Source: an uncultured Acidobacteriota bacterium
Lineage (GTDB): Bacteria > Acidobacteriota > Thermoanaerobaculia > Multivoradales > SZUA-115
Direction of reading: 5' to 3'
Length of the DNA: 64,000 bases
Assembly: GCA_963805975.1 (NCBI GenBank)
Contig: CAWDVR010000001.1
Span: 1,376,001 to 1,440,000 of the forward strand
A program made the translations under genes and the position numbers. The stretch's first letter is position 1, and each line of letters begins with the position of its first letter. The notes beneath the pieces were generated by a model that worked only from the letters and a program-made list of their open reading frames with translations, was not told the DNA's origin and did not search any database. Positions 28,220 to 38,963 of this stretch are shown here, piece by piece.

Positions 28220-30025
28220 GGCCGTCGGTCCTCGAGCTCGGAGAGCAACCTGGCAGTGGCCTCTCGCAGGCTCCCCTCCGGCAGCCCGGCGAGGAGCGCC
28301 CGGAGGTCCTCGACCGCCGCCGCCACCTCGCCGCGGTTCGCCAGCTCCACCGCGCGGTTGTAGCGCTCGACGGCGACATTGGCCCGCGCCTGCGCCTCGA
28401 GCGCCACGAGCTGCTGCTGCATGGCCGCCTTGAGGCCCGGCTCGAGCGTGCGCTCCACGGCCTGGCGGAAGAGCTCCACGGCGCGCGGGCCGTCGCCCTG
28501 GGCGCTCGCCTGGTTGGAGGCCTCGACCAGCTCGGCGCGGTCGATCGAGCTCAGGGCCTCGGCGGTGAGCTGCGCCCGGCCACGTGCCGAGAGCTCGCGC
28601 TCGGTCACCCGCCGCGCCTCCGCCGTGTTGCCGGCGAGGACGTGCAGCAGCACCAGGTTGTAGGCCACGTCCGGCCGGTCCGGCAGCAGCCGCACGGCCC
28701 GCTCCAGATGCGGGATGCCGGGTGCCGCACCCTTGGGATCGAAGAAGTAGGTGGTGCCGAGCAGGGCCTCGGCCTCGCCGTAGGTCGGGCGTGCCGCGAG
28801 CACGCGCTGGAGGAGGCCGCGAGCACGCGCCGTGGTCGCGGCGACGCCGGGCTGCGAGGGATCGACCGCGCCCCGCAGCGGCGCCAGCAGCACGTCCGCC
28901 AGGAGCAGCAGCGTCTCGGGCCGTTCCGAGCCCTTCTCCACGGCCTGGGACAGCAGCTCCGCGGCGCGCCTGGGGTCGCCGCGCTCGTGCGCCACCAGAC
29001 CGAGGCCGGCGTAGGGCTCCGGGTAGCCGGGGTTGAGGGCGAGCGCGGCGCGGAAGTGCTCCTCCGCCGCCTGGTGCTGCTCGGTGGCGACGCCGTGCGC
29101 CTGGAGATCACCGAGCTCGAACAGCACCTCCTCGCGCCGCAGGGGGCGCGCCTGGTAGCGCGAGGGCGCGTCCAGCTCCCCCAGGCTGATCGATCCGAAC
29201 GGGTAGCGGGCGGCGTTGATGTAGCCCCGCAGCTTGCTCTCGAGCTCGGGGAGCGAGAGCCCCAAGGAGGCGCGTACCGCGGCCTCCGGCTCCTCGCCGG
29301 CCGACAGGCGCTGGAGGAGGCTCGAGGCCGCGCCCGGCCGGCCGCTTTCGCCCGACAGCAGGAAGTGCATCAGCGCCCAGGACTCGGCGTAGAAGATCCC
29401 CTGCTTGGCGGACTCGTTGTACTCCGGCGAGCTCGCGTCGAGGGCGAAGAGGCGCGCCAGGGGGATGAACGAGCGCCCCTTGAGCAGGCGGGCATGGTGC
29501 CCCACGGGCACGCCGATCTGCACCTCGCCGGAGAGCTCCTCGAACGAGCTGTAGTACTCGGCCAGGCCCTCGTTCGCCCACAGCGGAAGGAACGGCAAGT
29601 TGTGGCGAACGAAGAAGTGCACGTACTCGTGGAAGATCACGCGCAACGAGTCCAGCCCGCGGGGAAAGGCGTTCAAGGCGATGAAGTTGCCGTGGCGCTG
29701 GGAGAGGAAGAAGCCCAGCATGTCCTCCCGCTCGAGGATGCTGCGGTCCTTGTAGGGCGCGAAGGAGCGGTCGTTCTCGAAGGCGATGATGGTGGTGGGC
29801 ACCGGGCTCTCGAGGTTGAGCCCCGGCGCCAGCCGGCCGAGCGCCAGCCGGAAGCGTTCGAGCGAGAGGCCGATCTCGGCGGTCTTCCTCTCGCCGGCCT
29901 CGCTCACCAGCCGGAAGTTGGTGGTGGTGAGCTCGATCCAGCCGTCCTTGACCTTGGGCAGCTCGCCCGCCGCCGGGGAGGCGACCGCCAGGCAGGCACC
30001 GAGAACGGGCGACCGAGACTTTCAT
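28216..30025 (-). CDS. Secreted zincin-like (HExxH, DUF1570-like) plus TPR protein; frameshift near 30008
   Basis: FHEYVHF, PLWANEGLAEY and YAESWALMHFL motifs plus TPRs. GGAGGAG RBS and ATG 30025 (MKVSVA) join VLGACLAVASPAAG...W.ELTT.NF only through a frameshift. Confidence 0.75.
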
Positions 30026-30027
30026 CG

Positions 30028-30450
30028 TCACTCCTCCGGACCCGCAGGAACCTGACGCAGGCGCTTGACCACCGCGCGCCGCTCCTTGTGCTGCCGCCGC
30101 GCCCGCTTGGCCGCCCGCGGCATGCGGGTGGCGCGGCGCGGCGGAGCCTCGGTCAGGGCCTCCGCCACCAGCTCGGCGAAGCGGCGCAGCACCTCCTCGC
30201 GGTTGGCGCTCTGGGTGCGGAAGCGCTGCGCCGTGACGCGCAGCACGCCGGCCTTGCTGATGCGGGTCGCGAGGCGCTCGCGCAGGCGCGCCTTCTGCTC
30301 GGGAAGCAGGCTCGGCGAGGCGTCGAGCTCGAACTGCAAGGTGACGCGGGTCTCGACCTTGTTGACGTTCTGCCCGCCGGGGCCGGCGCTCCGCGAGGTG
30401 GTGAAGACCAGCTCGTCGTCCGGGATGGAAAGGTCGCCGCTGACGATCAC
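30028..30450 (-). CDS. arfB: Alternative ribosome rescue factor ArfB (peptidyl-tRNA hydrolase)
   Basis: SRSAGPGGQNVNKVET, RTQSANRE and a basic C-terminal tail. Confidence 0.95.
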   Translation of the reverse strand: MIVSGDLSIPDDELVFTTSRSAGPGGQNVNKVETRVTLQFELDASPSLLPEQKARLRERLATRISKAGVLRVTAQRFRTQSANREEVLRRFAELVAEALTEAPPRRATRMPRAAKRARRQHKERRAVVKRLRQVPAGPEE

Positions 30451-30535
30451 CCGGCGACGATAGCACCGGCCTTGCGAGGACCGCTCCGCCCTGCTAGAAA
30501 GCGGCATCCGCCCCATCCACTCCGAAGGAGCCTCC

Positions 30536-32173
30536 ATGCCTCGGCACCCGCGTTTCGTGATCCTCGCCCTGTCGGCTCTGCTGCTCGCCGCTGTCTCTCT
30601 CGCCGCCAAGGAGCCCGAGCCCATCCCGGTGGCGCCGCCGCGGGCGGAGGGCGAGGGGCCCTACCCGCAGCTCATCCTGCGCGGGGTGACGGTGGTGAAC
30701 GGCACGGGCGCGCCCGCCTTCGGGCCGGCGGACGTGGTGATCGAAGGCAACCGGATCACCGCCGTCGAGAGCGTGGGCAGCCCCGGCGTGGCCATCGACG
30801 CGGGCAAGCGTCCCAAGCTGAAAGCGGGAGGCCGGGAGATCGACCTCGCCGGCGCCTACGTGCTGCCGGGCTTCGTCGACATGCACGGCCACATCGGCGG
30901 CAAGGAGCAGGGCACGCCGGCCGAGTACGTCTTCAAGCTGTGGCTGGGCCACGGCATCACCACGGTGCGGGACCCGGCGTGCGGCAACGGCCTCGCCTTC
31001 TGCCTCGAGGAGAAGAAGAAGAGCGCCGCCAACGAGATCACGGCGCCGCGGATCTTCGCCTACCTGGTCTTCGGCCAGGGCCGCGACGAGCCCTTCACCA
31101 AGCCCGAGGAGGCCCGCCAGTGGGTGGCCGAGGTGGCGAAGAAGGGCGCCGACGGCCTCAAGTTCTTCGGCTACCGGCCGGAGATCATGCAGGCGGCGCT
31201 CGAAGAGGCGAAGCGCCGCGGCCTGCGCAGCGCCTGCCACCACGCCCAGCTCGACGTGGCGCGGGTCAACGTGCTCGACACCGCGCGCTGGGGTCTCACC
31301 ACCATGGAGCACTGGTACGGGCTGCCGGAGGCCCTGTTCGACGATCGCACGGTGCAGGACTACCCCGCGGCCTACAACTACAACGACGAGCAGGACCGCT
31401 TCGGCCAGGCCGGGCGCCTGTGGAAGCAGGCGGCGCCGCGCGGCAGCGCGCGCTGGAACGCGGTGCTCGAGGAGCTGCTGGCGCTCGACTTCACCCTCGA
31501 CCCCACCTTCACCATCTACGAGGCGACCCGCGACCTGATGCGGGCCCGCCGCGCCGAGTGGCACGAGGAGCACACGCTCCCCGCGCTCTGGGACTTCTAC
31601 CGCCCCAGCCGCAACGCGCACGGCTCCTTCTGGTTCACCTGGGGCACGGCCGACGAGATCGCCTGGCGCGAGAACTTCCGGCTGTGGATGAGCTTCGTCA
31701 ACGACTACAAGAACCGCGGCGGCCGGGTGACCACGGGCTCGGACTCGGGCTACATCTACAAGCTCTACGGCTTCGACTACGTGCGCGAGCTCGAGCTGCT
31801 GGCCGAGGCCGGCTTCCATCCGCTGGAGGTGGTGCGCGCCGCGACGCTCTCCGGCGCCGAGGCGCTCGGCGCGGCCAAGGACATCGGCTCGATCGAGCCC
31901 GGCAAGCTCGCCGACCTGGTGGTGGTCGAGGAGAACCCGCTCGCCGACTTGAAGGTGCTCTACGGCACCGGCGCCATCCGCCTGAACGCGGAGAACTGGC
32001 CGGTGCGGGTCGGCGGCGTGCGCTGGACGGTGAAGGACGGCATCGTCTACGACGCGCCCAAGCTCCTGGCCGACGTGCGGCGCATGGTGCGCGAAGCCAA
32101 GGACCAGGAGGGCCGCGAGATCGTGCAGCCGGGGATGCCGGGGGACGAGCCGAAAGCCGCGGCGAAGGAGTAG
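30536..32173 (+). CDS. Secreted amidohydrolase family protein
   Basis: Signal peptide, LPGFVDMHGH, GITTVRD, GSDSG and GSIEPGKLADLVVV. Confidence 0.9.
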   Translation: MPRHPRFVILALSALLLAAVSLAAKEPEPIPVAPPRAEGEGPYPQLILRGVTVVNGTGAPAFGPADVVIEGNRITAVESVGSPGVAIDAGKRPKLKAGGREIDLAGAYVLPGFVDMHGHIGGKEQGTPAEYVFKLWLGHGITTVRDPACGNGLAFCLEEKKKSAANEITAPRIFAYLVFGQGRDEPFTKPEEARQWVAEVAKKGADGLKFFGYRPEIMQAALEEAKRRGLRSACHHAQLDVARVNVLDTARWGLTTMEHWYGLPEALFDDRTVQDYPAAYNYNDEQDRFGQAGRLWKQAAPRGSARWNAVLEELLALDFTLDPTFTIYEATRDLMRARRAEWHEEHTLPALWDFYRPSRNAHGSFWFTWGTADEIAWRENFRLWMSFVNDYKNRGGRVTTGSDSGYIYKLYGFDYVRELELLAEAGFHPLEVVRAATLSGAEALGAAKDIGSIEPGKLADLVVVEENPLADLKVLYGTGAIRLNAENWPVRVGGVRWTVKDGIVYDAPKLLADVRRMVREAKDQEGREIVQPGMPGDEPKAAAKE

Positions 32174-32254
32174 GGCGCTTGACCAGCTCCGGCCGCCCTG
32201 CGAACATCGGGTTCCGTTTTGCCGTATACGGCTGCGAAAGGAAACCCCATTCCG

Positions 32255-34174
32255 ATGAGAACCTCACTCCGCCCCGTCCGCCCGCTCCTGCTCGTCGCCC
32301 TCGCTCTCGCCGTGACCGCGGGGGCCGGCGCCGCCGAGGTCCCGCGCTACTCGATCGAGGACTTCCTCACCACCACCAGCCTGCGCGGCGGCTCCTTCTC
32401 GCCCGACAAGAGCAAGATCCTGGTGTCGAGCGACCAGAGCGGGGTGTTCAATGCCGTCGCCATCCCGGTGGACGGCAAGCCGGCCGTCGAGCTCACCCAC
32501 TCGACGGTCGACGGCGTCAACGTCGTCTCCTACTTCCCCGCGGACGAGCGCTTCCTCTACGTCTCGGACCAGGGCGGCAACGAGAACGACCACGTCTACG
32601 TGCGTGAGCTCGACGGCCGGGTCGTCGACCTCACCCCCGGCGACAAGCTGAAGGCCGACTTCCTCAAATGGGCGCAGGACGACAAGTCCTTCTTCGTGAT
32701 CAGCAACGAGCGCGACGCCAAGTTCTTCGACGTCTACGAGATCCAGCTCGAGGGCTACAAGCGCAGCCTGTTCTACCAGGACGACCAGGGGCTGCAGGTG
32801 GGCGATATCTCGCCCGACAAGCGCTACATCGCATTCGGCAAGCCGGCCACCACCACCGACGTCGACGTGCTGCTGTACGACCGGCAGACGAAGGAGCTCA
32901 AGAACATCACCCAGCACGAGGGCGAGGTCAACAACCTGCCGCAGGCCTTCAGCCCGGACGGCAAGGCCCTCTACTTCACCACCGACCAGGGCTCCGAGTT
33001 CAGCTACCTGGCGCGCTACGACCTCGCGAGCGGCAAGGTCAGCGAGGTGGTGCGGCCGGAGTGGGACCTGGTCTCCGCCACCTTCTCGAAGAACGGCGAG
33101 TTCCTGGGGGTGCTGATCAATCACGATGCGCGCAACGAGCTGCGCCTCTTCCGCGCCGCCACCATGGAGCGCGTGGCCCTGCCCGAGCTTCCCGGCCTGG
33201 ACATCGGCATGATCCGCTTCTCGAACGACGCCAAGCGGCTGGCGTTCTACGGCTTCTCCGGCCGCTCGCCTTCCAACCTCTTCGTCTTCGACCTGGGCGA
33301 CAAGGCGCCGCGCCAGCTCACCCAGACGCTGAACGCGAAGATCAAGCCGGAGCACCTGGTCGAAGGCGAGGTGGTGCGCTTCGCCTCCTTCGACGGCCGC
33401 CAGGTTCCCGGCATCCTCTACCAGCCGCACGGCGCGAGCCCGGCCCACAAGGTGCCGGCGCTCCTCTGGGTGCACGGCGGCCCCGGTGGCCAGTCGCGGA
33501 TCGGCTACAGCGGGCTGGTCCAGTTCCTGGTCAACCACGGCTACGCCGTCTACGCGATCAACAACCGCGGCTCCTCCGGCTACGGCAAGACCTTCTTCAA
33601 GCTCGACGACCGCAACCACGGCGACGGCGATCTCAAGGACTGCGTCGAGAGCAAGAAGATGCTCGCCGCCACCGGCTGGGTGGACCCGGCGCGCATCGGC
33701 ATCCTGGGCGGCAGCTACGGCGGCTACATGGTGCTCGCCGCGCTCGCCTTCGAGCCCCAGGAGTTCAACGTCGGCGTCGACCTCTTCGGCGTCTCGAACT
33801 GGCTGCGCACCATGAAGAGCATCCCGCCCTACTGGGAGTCGTTCCGGAAAGCGCTCTACCAGGAGATCGGCGATCCCGCGGTCGACGAGGAGTACCTGCG
33901 CCGCATCTCGCCGCTCTTCCACGCCAAGAACATCGTCAAGCCGCTGTTCGTGCTCCAGGGCGCCAACGACCCGCGGGTGATCAAGCCGGAGTCGGACGAG
34001 ATCGTGGCCGCGGCGCGCGCCAACGGAGTGCCGGTCGAGTACCTGGTGTTCGACGACGAAGGGCACGGCATCGAGAAGAAGGCCAACCAGTTCAAGGCCT
34101 ACCAGGCGGTGCTGACCTTCCTCGACACCCACCTGAAGACGGCCGCCGCCAAGCCGGCCGGGCCGGCCTCGTAG
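32255..34174 (+). CDS. S9 family peptidase (secreted)
   Basis: Signal peptide, beta-propeller, VHGGP, GGSYGG (Ser), NDPRV (Asp) and EGHG (His). Confidence 0.94.
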   Translation: MRTSLRPVRPLLLVALALAVTAGAGAAEVPRYSIEDFLTTTSLRGGSFSPDKSKILVSSDQSGVFNAVAIPVDGKPAVELTHSTVDGVNVVSYFPADERFLYVSDQGGNENDHVYVRELDGRVVDLTPGDKLKADFLKWAQDDKSFFVISNERDAKFFDVYEIQLEGYKRSLFYQDDQGLQVGDISPDKRYIAFGKPATTTDVDVLLYDRQTKELKNITQHEGEVNNLPQAFSPDGKALYFTTDQGSEFSYLARYDLASGKVSEVVRPEWDLVSATFSKNGEFLGVLINHDARNELRLFRAATMERVALPELPGLDIGMIRFSNDAKRLAFYGFSGRSPSNLFVFDLGDKAPRQLTQTLNAKIKPEHLVEGEVVRFASFDGRQVPGILYQPHGASPAHKVPALLWVHGGPGGQSRIGYSGLVQFLVNHGYAVYAINNRGSSGYGKTFFKLDDRNHGDGDLKDCVESKKMLAATGWVDPARIGILGGSYGGYMVLAALAFEPQEFNVGVDLFGVSNWLRTMKSIPPYWESFRKALYQEIGDPAVDEEYLRRISPLFHAKNIVKPLFVLQGANDPRVIKPESDEIVAAARANGVPVEYLVFDDEGHGIEKKANQFKAYQAVLTFLDTHLKTAAAKPAGPAS

Positions 34175-34179
34175 TCGCG

Positions 34180-35278
34180 ATGACGACCGCCGACCGCCGG
34201 CTGTTCGTCGCCACCAGCGAGGGCCTGTTCCGCCTCGAGCACGACGGCGAGTGGCAGGTCCGCCAGGTTTCGTTCCCGGGCGCTCCGGTGAGCATGGTGC
34301 TGCCGGACCGCCGCGACGGCACGCTCTACGCCGCGCTCGACCTCGGCCCCTCCGGGGTGAAGCTCCATCGCTCGGCCGATGGCGGCAACGCCTGGGAGGA
34401 GATCGGCGCTCCGGCCTATCCGCCGCAGCCCGAGGCCGCCGCCCACGACCAGCACCCGTGGTCGGTGAAGCTCGTCTGGTCTCTCGAGGCCGGCGGCCCG
34501 GACCAGCCCGGCCTGCTGTGGGCCGGCACGGTACCGGGCGGGCTCTTCCTCTCCCGCGACCGCGGCACCACCTGGCAGCTCGTCGCCTCGCTCTGGAACC
34601 GGCCCGAGCGCCAGGAGTGGTTCGGCGGCGGCCACGACCTGCCCGGCATCCACTCGATCCTCGTCGACCCGCGGAGCTCGAACCACCTGCTGGTCGCGGT
34701 CTCTTGCGGCGGCGTGTGGCGCACCGAGGACCTGGGAGCCACCTGGGAGCTCTCCGCCAAGGGCATGTGGGCCGCCTACATGCCGCCCGAGCGGCGCGAG
34801 GACCAGCGCATCCAGGACGCCCACCGCGTGGTGCGCGCTCCGGCCGACCCGGACATCCTCTATGCCCAGCACCACAACTCCGCCTTCGTGAGCCGTGACG
34901 GCGGGCGCCGCTGGCAGGATCTCACCGCCATCCGCCCGTCCGCCTTTGGGCTCACGGTCGCCGTCCATCCCCACGAGCCCGACACTGCCTGGTTCGTGCC
35001 GGCGGTGAAGGGCGAGTGCCGCGTGCCGGTGGGCGGCAAGCTGGTGGTCGCCCGTACCAGGAACGGCGGCGACCACTTCGAGGTCATCTCCCGCGGCCTG
35101 CCGGAAGAGGACGCCCAGCGACATCGTCTCTCGCCACGCCCTCGACGTGGACGCCTCCGGCAACCAGCTCGCCATGGGCTCCACCACCGGCTCGCTCTGG
35201 ACCAGCGACGACTCCGGCTCGAGCTGGCGAGCGATTGCGGAGCCCCTGCCGCCGATCCTCTGCGTGCGGTTCGGGTAG
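34180..35278 (+). CDS. BNR/Asp-box repeat beta-propeller protein; frameshift near 35117
   Basis: SxDGGxxW repeats. The C-terminus DIVSRHALDVD..GSTTGSLWTSDDSGSSW..LPPILCVRFG* lies in a shifted frame ending at 35278. Confidence 0.8.
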
Positions 35279-35290
35279 GGCGACCGCTCA

Positions 35291-35311
35291 GCCGAGCAGC
35301 CACTGCTCGGC
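35291..35311. terminator. Hairpin between convergent genes
   Basis: GCCGAGCAG-CCA-CTGCTCGGC, a 9-bp stem without a clear U-tract. Confidence 0.35.
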
Positions 35312-35328
35312 GCCGCGCCGCTGGCGCT

Positions 35329-35706
35329 TTATAGCGACTTGGTCGAATACAGGATCTTCTTTCGCCGGCGCCAGTCGCCAGCGGGAACGGTCGGCGAGCC
35401 GGCGACGGCCGTGGCGGGCCTCAGGTAGGCATGGGCCTCTGAGCCGTCGGCCAGCGGGATGACGACGCGGCGGTAGAGATCGGGGTGCTGCTCGAACTGG
35501 TCCAGCCGGGCCACGGTGCGCGGGCCGACCTCGTACAGCTCGCCGGCCACCGCCGTACCGCCGCCGGCCACCAGCGCCGGGTAGGAGCCCAGGTCCGCGA
35601 GCTCAAAGAGCGGTGCCGTGAGCACGCGGCCGAGAAACCGGGCACGGGCGAGAAAGCGATGGTTCGGCTCGCCGCGCATCAGTGAGCCATAGACGAAGAG
35701 CCGCAT
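35329..35706 (-). CDS. Gamma-glutamylcyclotransferase family protein
   Basis: LFVYGSLMRG..NH, YPAL, GELYEV and LDQFE..Y.R. Confidence 0.92.
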   Translation of the reverse strand: MRLFVYGSLMRGEPNHRFLARARFLGRVLTAPLFELADLGSYPALVAGGGTAVAGELYEVGPRTVARLDQFEQHPDLYRRVVIPLADGSEAHAYLRPATAVAGSPTVPAGDWRRRKKILYSTKSL

Positions 35707-35756
35707 CGTGAGGTCATTATCTGCGAGCCCTTCCTGACCGAGCTAAGATCTCGCTC

Positions 35757-37784
35757 ATGCTCAGCTCCGAGACTGCGTCACGCACGCTCACCACCGCCTG
35801 CCCGCTCGACTGCCCGGACGCCTGCAGCCTCGAAGTGCAGATCGAGGACGGCCGTGTGGTGAAGCTCGACGGCGATCACCGCAACCCGATCACCGCCGGC
35901 TTCATCTGCACCAAGGTGCGGCACTTCCCCCGGCACGTCTACGGACCCTACCGGCTGCTCCACCCCGCGGTGCGCGACGGCGCCAAGGGTGAGGGCCGCT
36001 TCCGGCGCACCTCCTGGGACGAGGCCCTGGGGCTCGTCGCCGCGCGCCTCGAGGCGGCGCGGGCGCGGCACGGCGGCGAGGCCATCCTGCCTTTCTCCTA
36101 CGGCGGCTCGAACGGCGCGCTGACCCAGAACACCACGGACGCCCGCCTCTTCCGGCGGCTCGGGGCCTCGCGCCTGGAGCGCACGGTGTGCGCCGCCGCC
36201 ACCACGCGCGCCACACAGGGCCTCTACGGCCGCATGCCGGGCATCGCCTACCCGGACTTCGCCGAGGCCAGGCTGATCGTGCTCTGGGGCGCCAACCCTT
36301 CCGCCTCGGGCATCCACCTGGTCCCCTGGATTCAGGAGGCGCAGCACCGCGGCGCACGGCTCGTGGTCGTCGACCCCCGCCGCGTGCCGCTGGCCAAGAA
36401 GGCGGACCTCCATCTGGCGCTGCGGCCGGGCACGGACCTGCCTGTCGCCCTGGCGGTGATCCGCTGGCTGTTCGAGAACGGCAAGGCCGATCTCGACTTC
36501 CTGAGCCGGCACGCCACGGGAGCCGAGGAGCTGCGGCGCCGGGCGGAGCCCTGGACGATCGAGCGGGCGGCCGAAGTGGCCCAGGTGCCGGCCGCGGACC
36601 TCGAGCGGCTGGCCTCGCTGTACGCCGAGGCGTCGCCGGCCCTGGTCCGCTGTGGCTGGGGCCTGGAGCGCAACCGCAACGGCGGCTCGGCGGTGGCGGC
36701 CGTGCTCGCGCTGCCCGCGGTGGCCGGCAAGTTCGGCGTGCGCGGCGGCGGCTACACGCTATCGAACTCTTCTCACTGGAACCTGGATACCTCGGCCGCC
36801 GTGGGCGAGGCGCCGAAAACCACGCGCAACCTCAACATGAACCGACTCGGGCGCGACCTGCTGGGAAGCCGGCCGCCGGTCGAGGCGCTCTTCGTCTACA
36901 ACGCCAACCCGCTGGCCACGATCCCGAACCAGGAGGCGGTGCGCGCCGGGCTCCTGCGCGAGGACCTCTTCACCGTGGTCTTCGACGCGGTGATGACGGA
37001 CACCGCCCGCTACGCCGACGTGGTGCTGCCGGCGACCACGTTCCTCGAGCACGCCGAGCTGTCGCGCGGCTACGGCTCGGTGGTGATGCAGCAGATCGAG
37101 CCGGTGATCGCGCCGGTCGGCGAGGCGCGGCCCAACTTCGACGTGTTCCTGGAGCTCTGCGACCGGCTCGGCCTCTCACGGCCGGAGGACGCGCGCACGC
37201 CGGCCGAGTTCCGCGCCGCGGCGCTCGCCGCCCACGGCGATGGCGAGCGGCTGGCGGCCGAGCTCGAAGCAGGGCGCCTGGCGTGGCCGGCCGTCGACCG
37301 CCCGGTGCAGATGGTGGACGTATTTCCGCGCACGCCGGGCCAGAAGGTGCAACTGGTGCCCGCCGACGTGGAAGCCGAGACCGCCTCCGGGATGTACCGC
37401 TTCCAGGAGGACCCGGCCACCGCGGCCTTCCCGCTGGCGCTGATCTCGCCGGCGAGCTCGAAGACCATCAGCTCGACGCTCGGCCAGCTCGACCGTAAAC
37501 CGGCGGCGCTCGAGCTGCACCCGCAGGACGCGGCAGTTCGCGGCATCGCCGACGGGGACCGCGTGCGGGTCTGGAACCCGCTCGGCGAGGTCCACTGCGC
37601 GGCCCGCCTCTCGGCCGACCTCAAGCCCGGCGTGGCCGCGCTGCCCAAGGGCCTGTGGAGCCACCACACCGCCAACGGCGCCACCAGCAACGCCCTCTGC
37701 CCGGACACCTACACCGACTTCGCCGGCGGAGCGTGCTTCAACGACGCGCGGGTGGAGGTGGAAGTGCTGCGAGTCTCCGGCTGA
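35757..37784 (+). CDS. Molybdopterin-dependent oxidoreductase
   Basis: CPLDCPDAC..C [4Fe-4S] motif, SWDEAL, WGANP, TDTARYADVVLPA and a C-terminal dinucleotide-binding domain. Confidence 0.92.
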   Translation: MLSSETASRTLTTACPLDCPDACSLEVQIEDGRVVKLDGDHRNPITAGFICTKVRHFPRHVYGPYRLLHPAVRDGAKGEGRFRRTSWDEALGLVAARLEAARARHGGEAILPFSYGGSNGALTQNTTDARLFRRLGASRLERTVCAAATTRATQGLYGRMPGIAYPDFAEARLIVLWGANPSASGIHLVPWIQEAQHRGARLVVVDPRRVPLAKKADLHLALRPGTDLPVALAVIRWLFENGKADLDFLSRHATGAEELRRRAEPWTIERAAEVAQVPAADLERLASLYAEASPALVRCGWGLERNRNGGSAVAAVLALPAVAGKFGVRGGGYTLSNSSHWNLDTSAAVGEAPKTTRNLNMNRLGRDLLGSRPPVEALFVYNANPLATIPNQEAVRAGLLREDLFTVVFDAVMTDTARYADVVLPATTFLEHAELSRGYGSVVMQQIEPVIAPVGEARPNFDVFLELCDRLGLSRPEDARTPAEFRAAALAAHGDGERLAAELEAGRLAWPAVDRPVQMVDVFPRTPGQKVQLVPADVEAETASGMYRFQEDPATAAFPLALISPASSKTISSTLGQLDRKPAALELHPQDAAVRGIADGDRVRVWNPLGEVHCAARLSADLKPGVAALPKGLWSHHTANGATSNALCPDTYTDFAGGACFNDARVEVEVLRVSG

Positions 37785-38956
37785 AGCCCTTGAGCTCCTT
37801 CACAGCTCAGCTCCTGACGCCTGCCCTTCTGCTGCTCACCCTCAGCGGTTGTCGCGGGCTGCAGCCGTTGCCCGCACCGCGGGCGCTGTCTCTTCCTTCC
37901 GCCACTGAGTCTGCCGCGTTCTGGCGCGAGGTGGAGGCTGGCAACCCTTTGCCCGCTGTTTCGGAGAGCGCCTGGCGCAGCACCATGCGCATGGTCTGGG
38001 CGGACCTTGCCGGGAAGAAGAAAGCGCAGCGCCAGGCGACTTCCTGCCGGAGCGAGCCGCCCGCGGGCTTCGAGGCGCTCGAAGGCATCGCAGTACCCGG
38101 CGCTCCCCCGCTCTTCGCCTACTTCGCGCGCGGCCGCGCCGAGCGCCCCATCGTGCTCGTGCTGCACGGCCTCTACGACAGCCGCAACTCGCTCTACGTC
38201 GAGCGCACGGCGCGCTGGCTGGCGGACCAGGGCTTCGGCGTGCTGGTGCCGGACATGCGCTGGCACGGTTGCCTGCTGTCCGAGGAGTGGCTGCCGGCAC
38301 TGGGCCTCCAGGAGGCGCGCGACCTCGTGGCCTGGGGGCAATGGCTTCACGAGCGCGAGCCGGGGCGCGAGCTGGGCCTCTTCGGCTTCAGCCTGGGTGC
38401 GCTGGACGTGATCCACGCCCTCGCCGCCGACGAGGCGCCGGAAGTGTTCCGGGCCGGCGGCGTCGCGGTATCGCCGCCGGCCGAGCTGGCGCGCACGCTC
38501 GCCGCCCTCGACCGCGGCACCCGGGCGGCCGACCGCGGCCTGCTGCGCCTGCTCGACCGCGGGTTCCGGGACCTGCTCCTCCTCCGCATCCGCGACCAGA
38601 AGATCGCGCCCGCCGGCGCCGCTGTACGAGAGCCCTTTGGCTTGCTGCTGGATCATGTGATCCGGACGCGGTTCGCGGCATTGCGGCTGACGCGCGAGCG
38701 CCTGTTCGCGCTGACCGATCCGGCGCCCAGGCTGCGAGCCGCCAAGCGGCCGTTGCTGCTCCTGACGACCAGCAACGACCCGCTCTTCGGCGAGCTGGCC
38801 GCCGCCGCTCTCGGCAGCGCCGCGAGAGACAACCCGCTGGTGCGCGTGATCGAAACTCCCTACGGCGGCCACATCGGGCAGCTCGGGCTGTATCCGCAGT
38901 GGATGGCGGATCTCGTGGCGAGGTTCTTCGCCGGCTCTACCGACATCGCCGGATGA
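37781..38956 (+). CDS. Alpha/beta hydrolase, probable lipoprotein
   Basis: Lipobox LSGC, LHGL, GFSLG, NDP and GGH. Start is CTG 37781 or TTG 37790. Confidence 0.8.
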   Translation: MKPLSSFTAQLLTPALLLLTLSGCRGLQPLPAPRALSLPSATESAAFWREVEAGNPLPAVSESAWRSTMRMVWADLAGKKKAQRQATSCRSEPPAGFEALEGIAVPGAPPLFAYFARGRAERPIVLVLHGLYDSRNSLYVERTARWLADQGFGVLVPDMRWHGCLLSEEWLPALGLQEARDLVAWGQWLHEREPGRELGLFGFSLGALDVIHALAADEAPEVFRAGGVAVSPPAELARTLAALDRGTRAADRGLLRLLDRGFRDLLLLRIRDQKIAPAGAAVREPFGLLLDHVIRTRFAALRLTRERLFALTDPAPRLRAAKRPLLLLTTSNDPLFGELAAAALGSAARDNPLVRVIETPYGGHIGQLGLYPQWMADLVARFFAGSTDIAG

Positions 38957-38963
38957 CCCGATC

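Noticed and set aside
28642-32607. Very long alternative or antisense ORFs (for example 28642-32607, 15809-19303, 50849-54493, 11407-13980)
   Set aside because: These are shadow ORFs typical of high-GC DNA. They are Arg/Gly/Ala/Pro-rich or mirror real genes, have no family motifs, and overlap well-supported CDSs.
35100-35135. Programmed ribosomal frameshift in the BNR-repeat gene
   Set aside because: No slippery heptamer or stimulatory structure is present; a single indel like the others in this contig is simpler.
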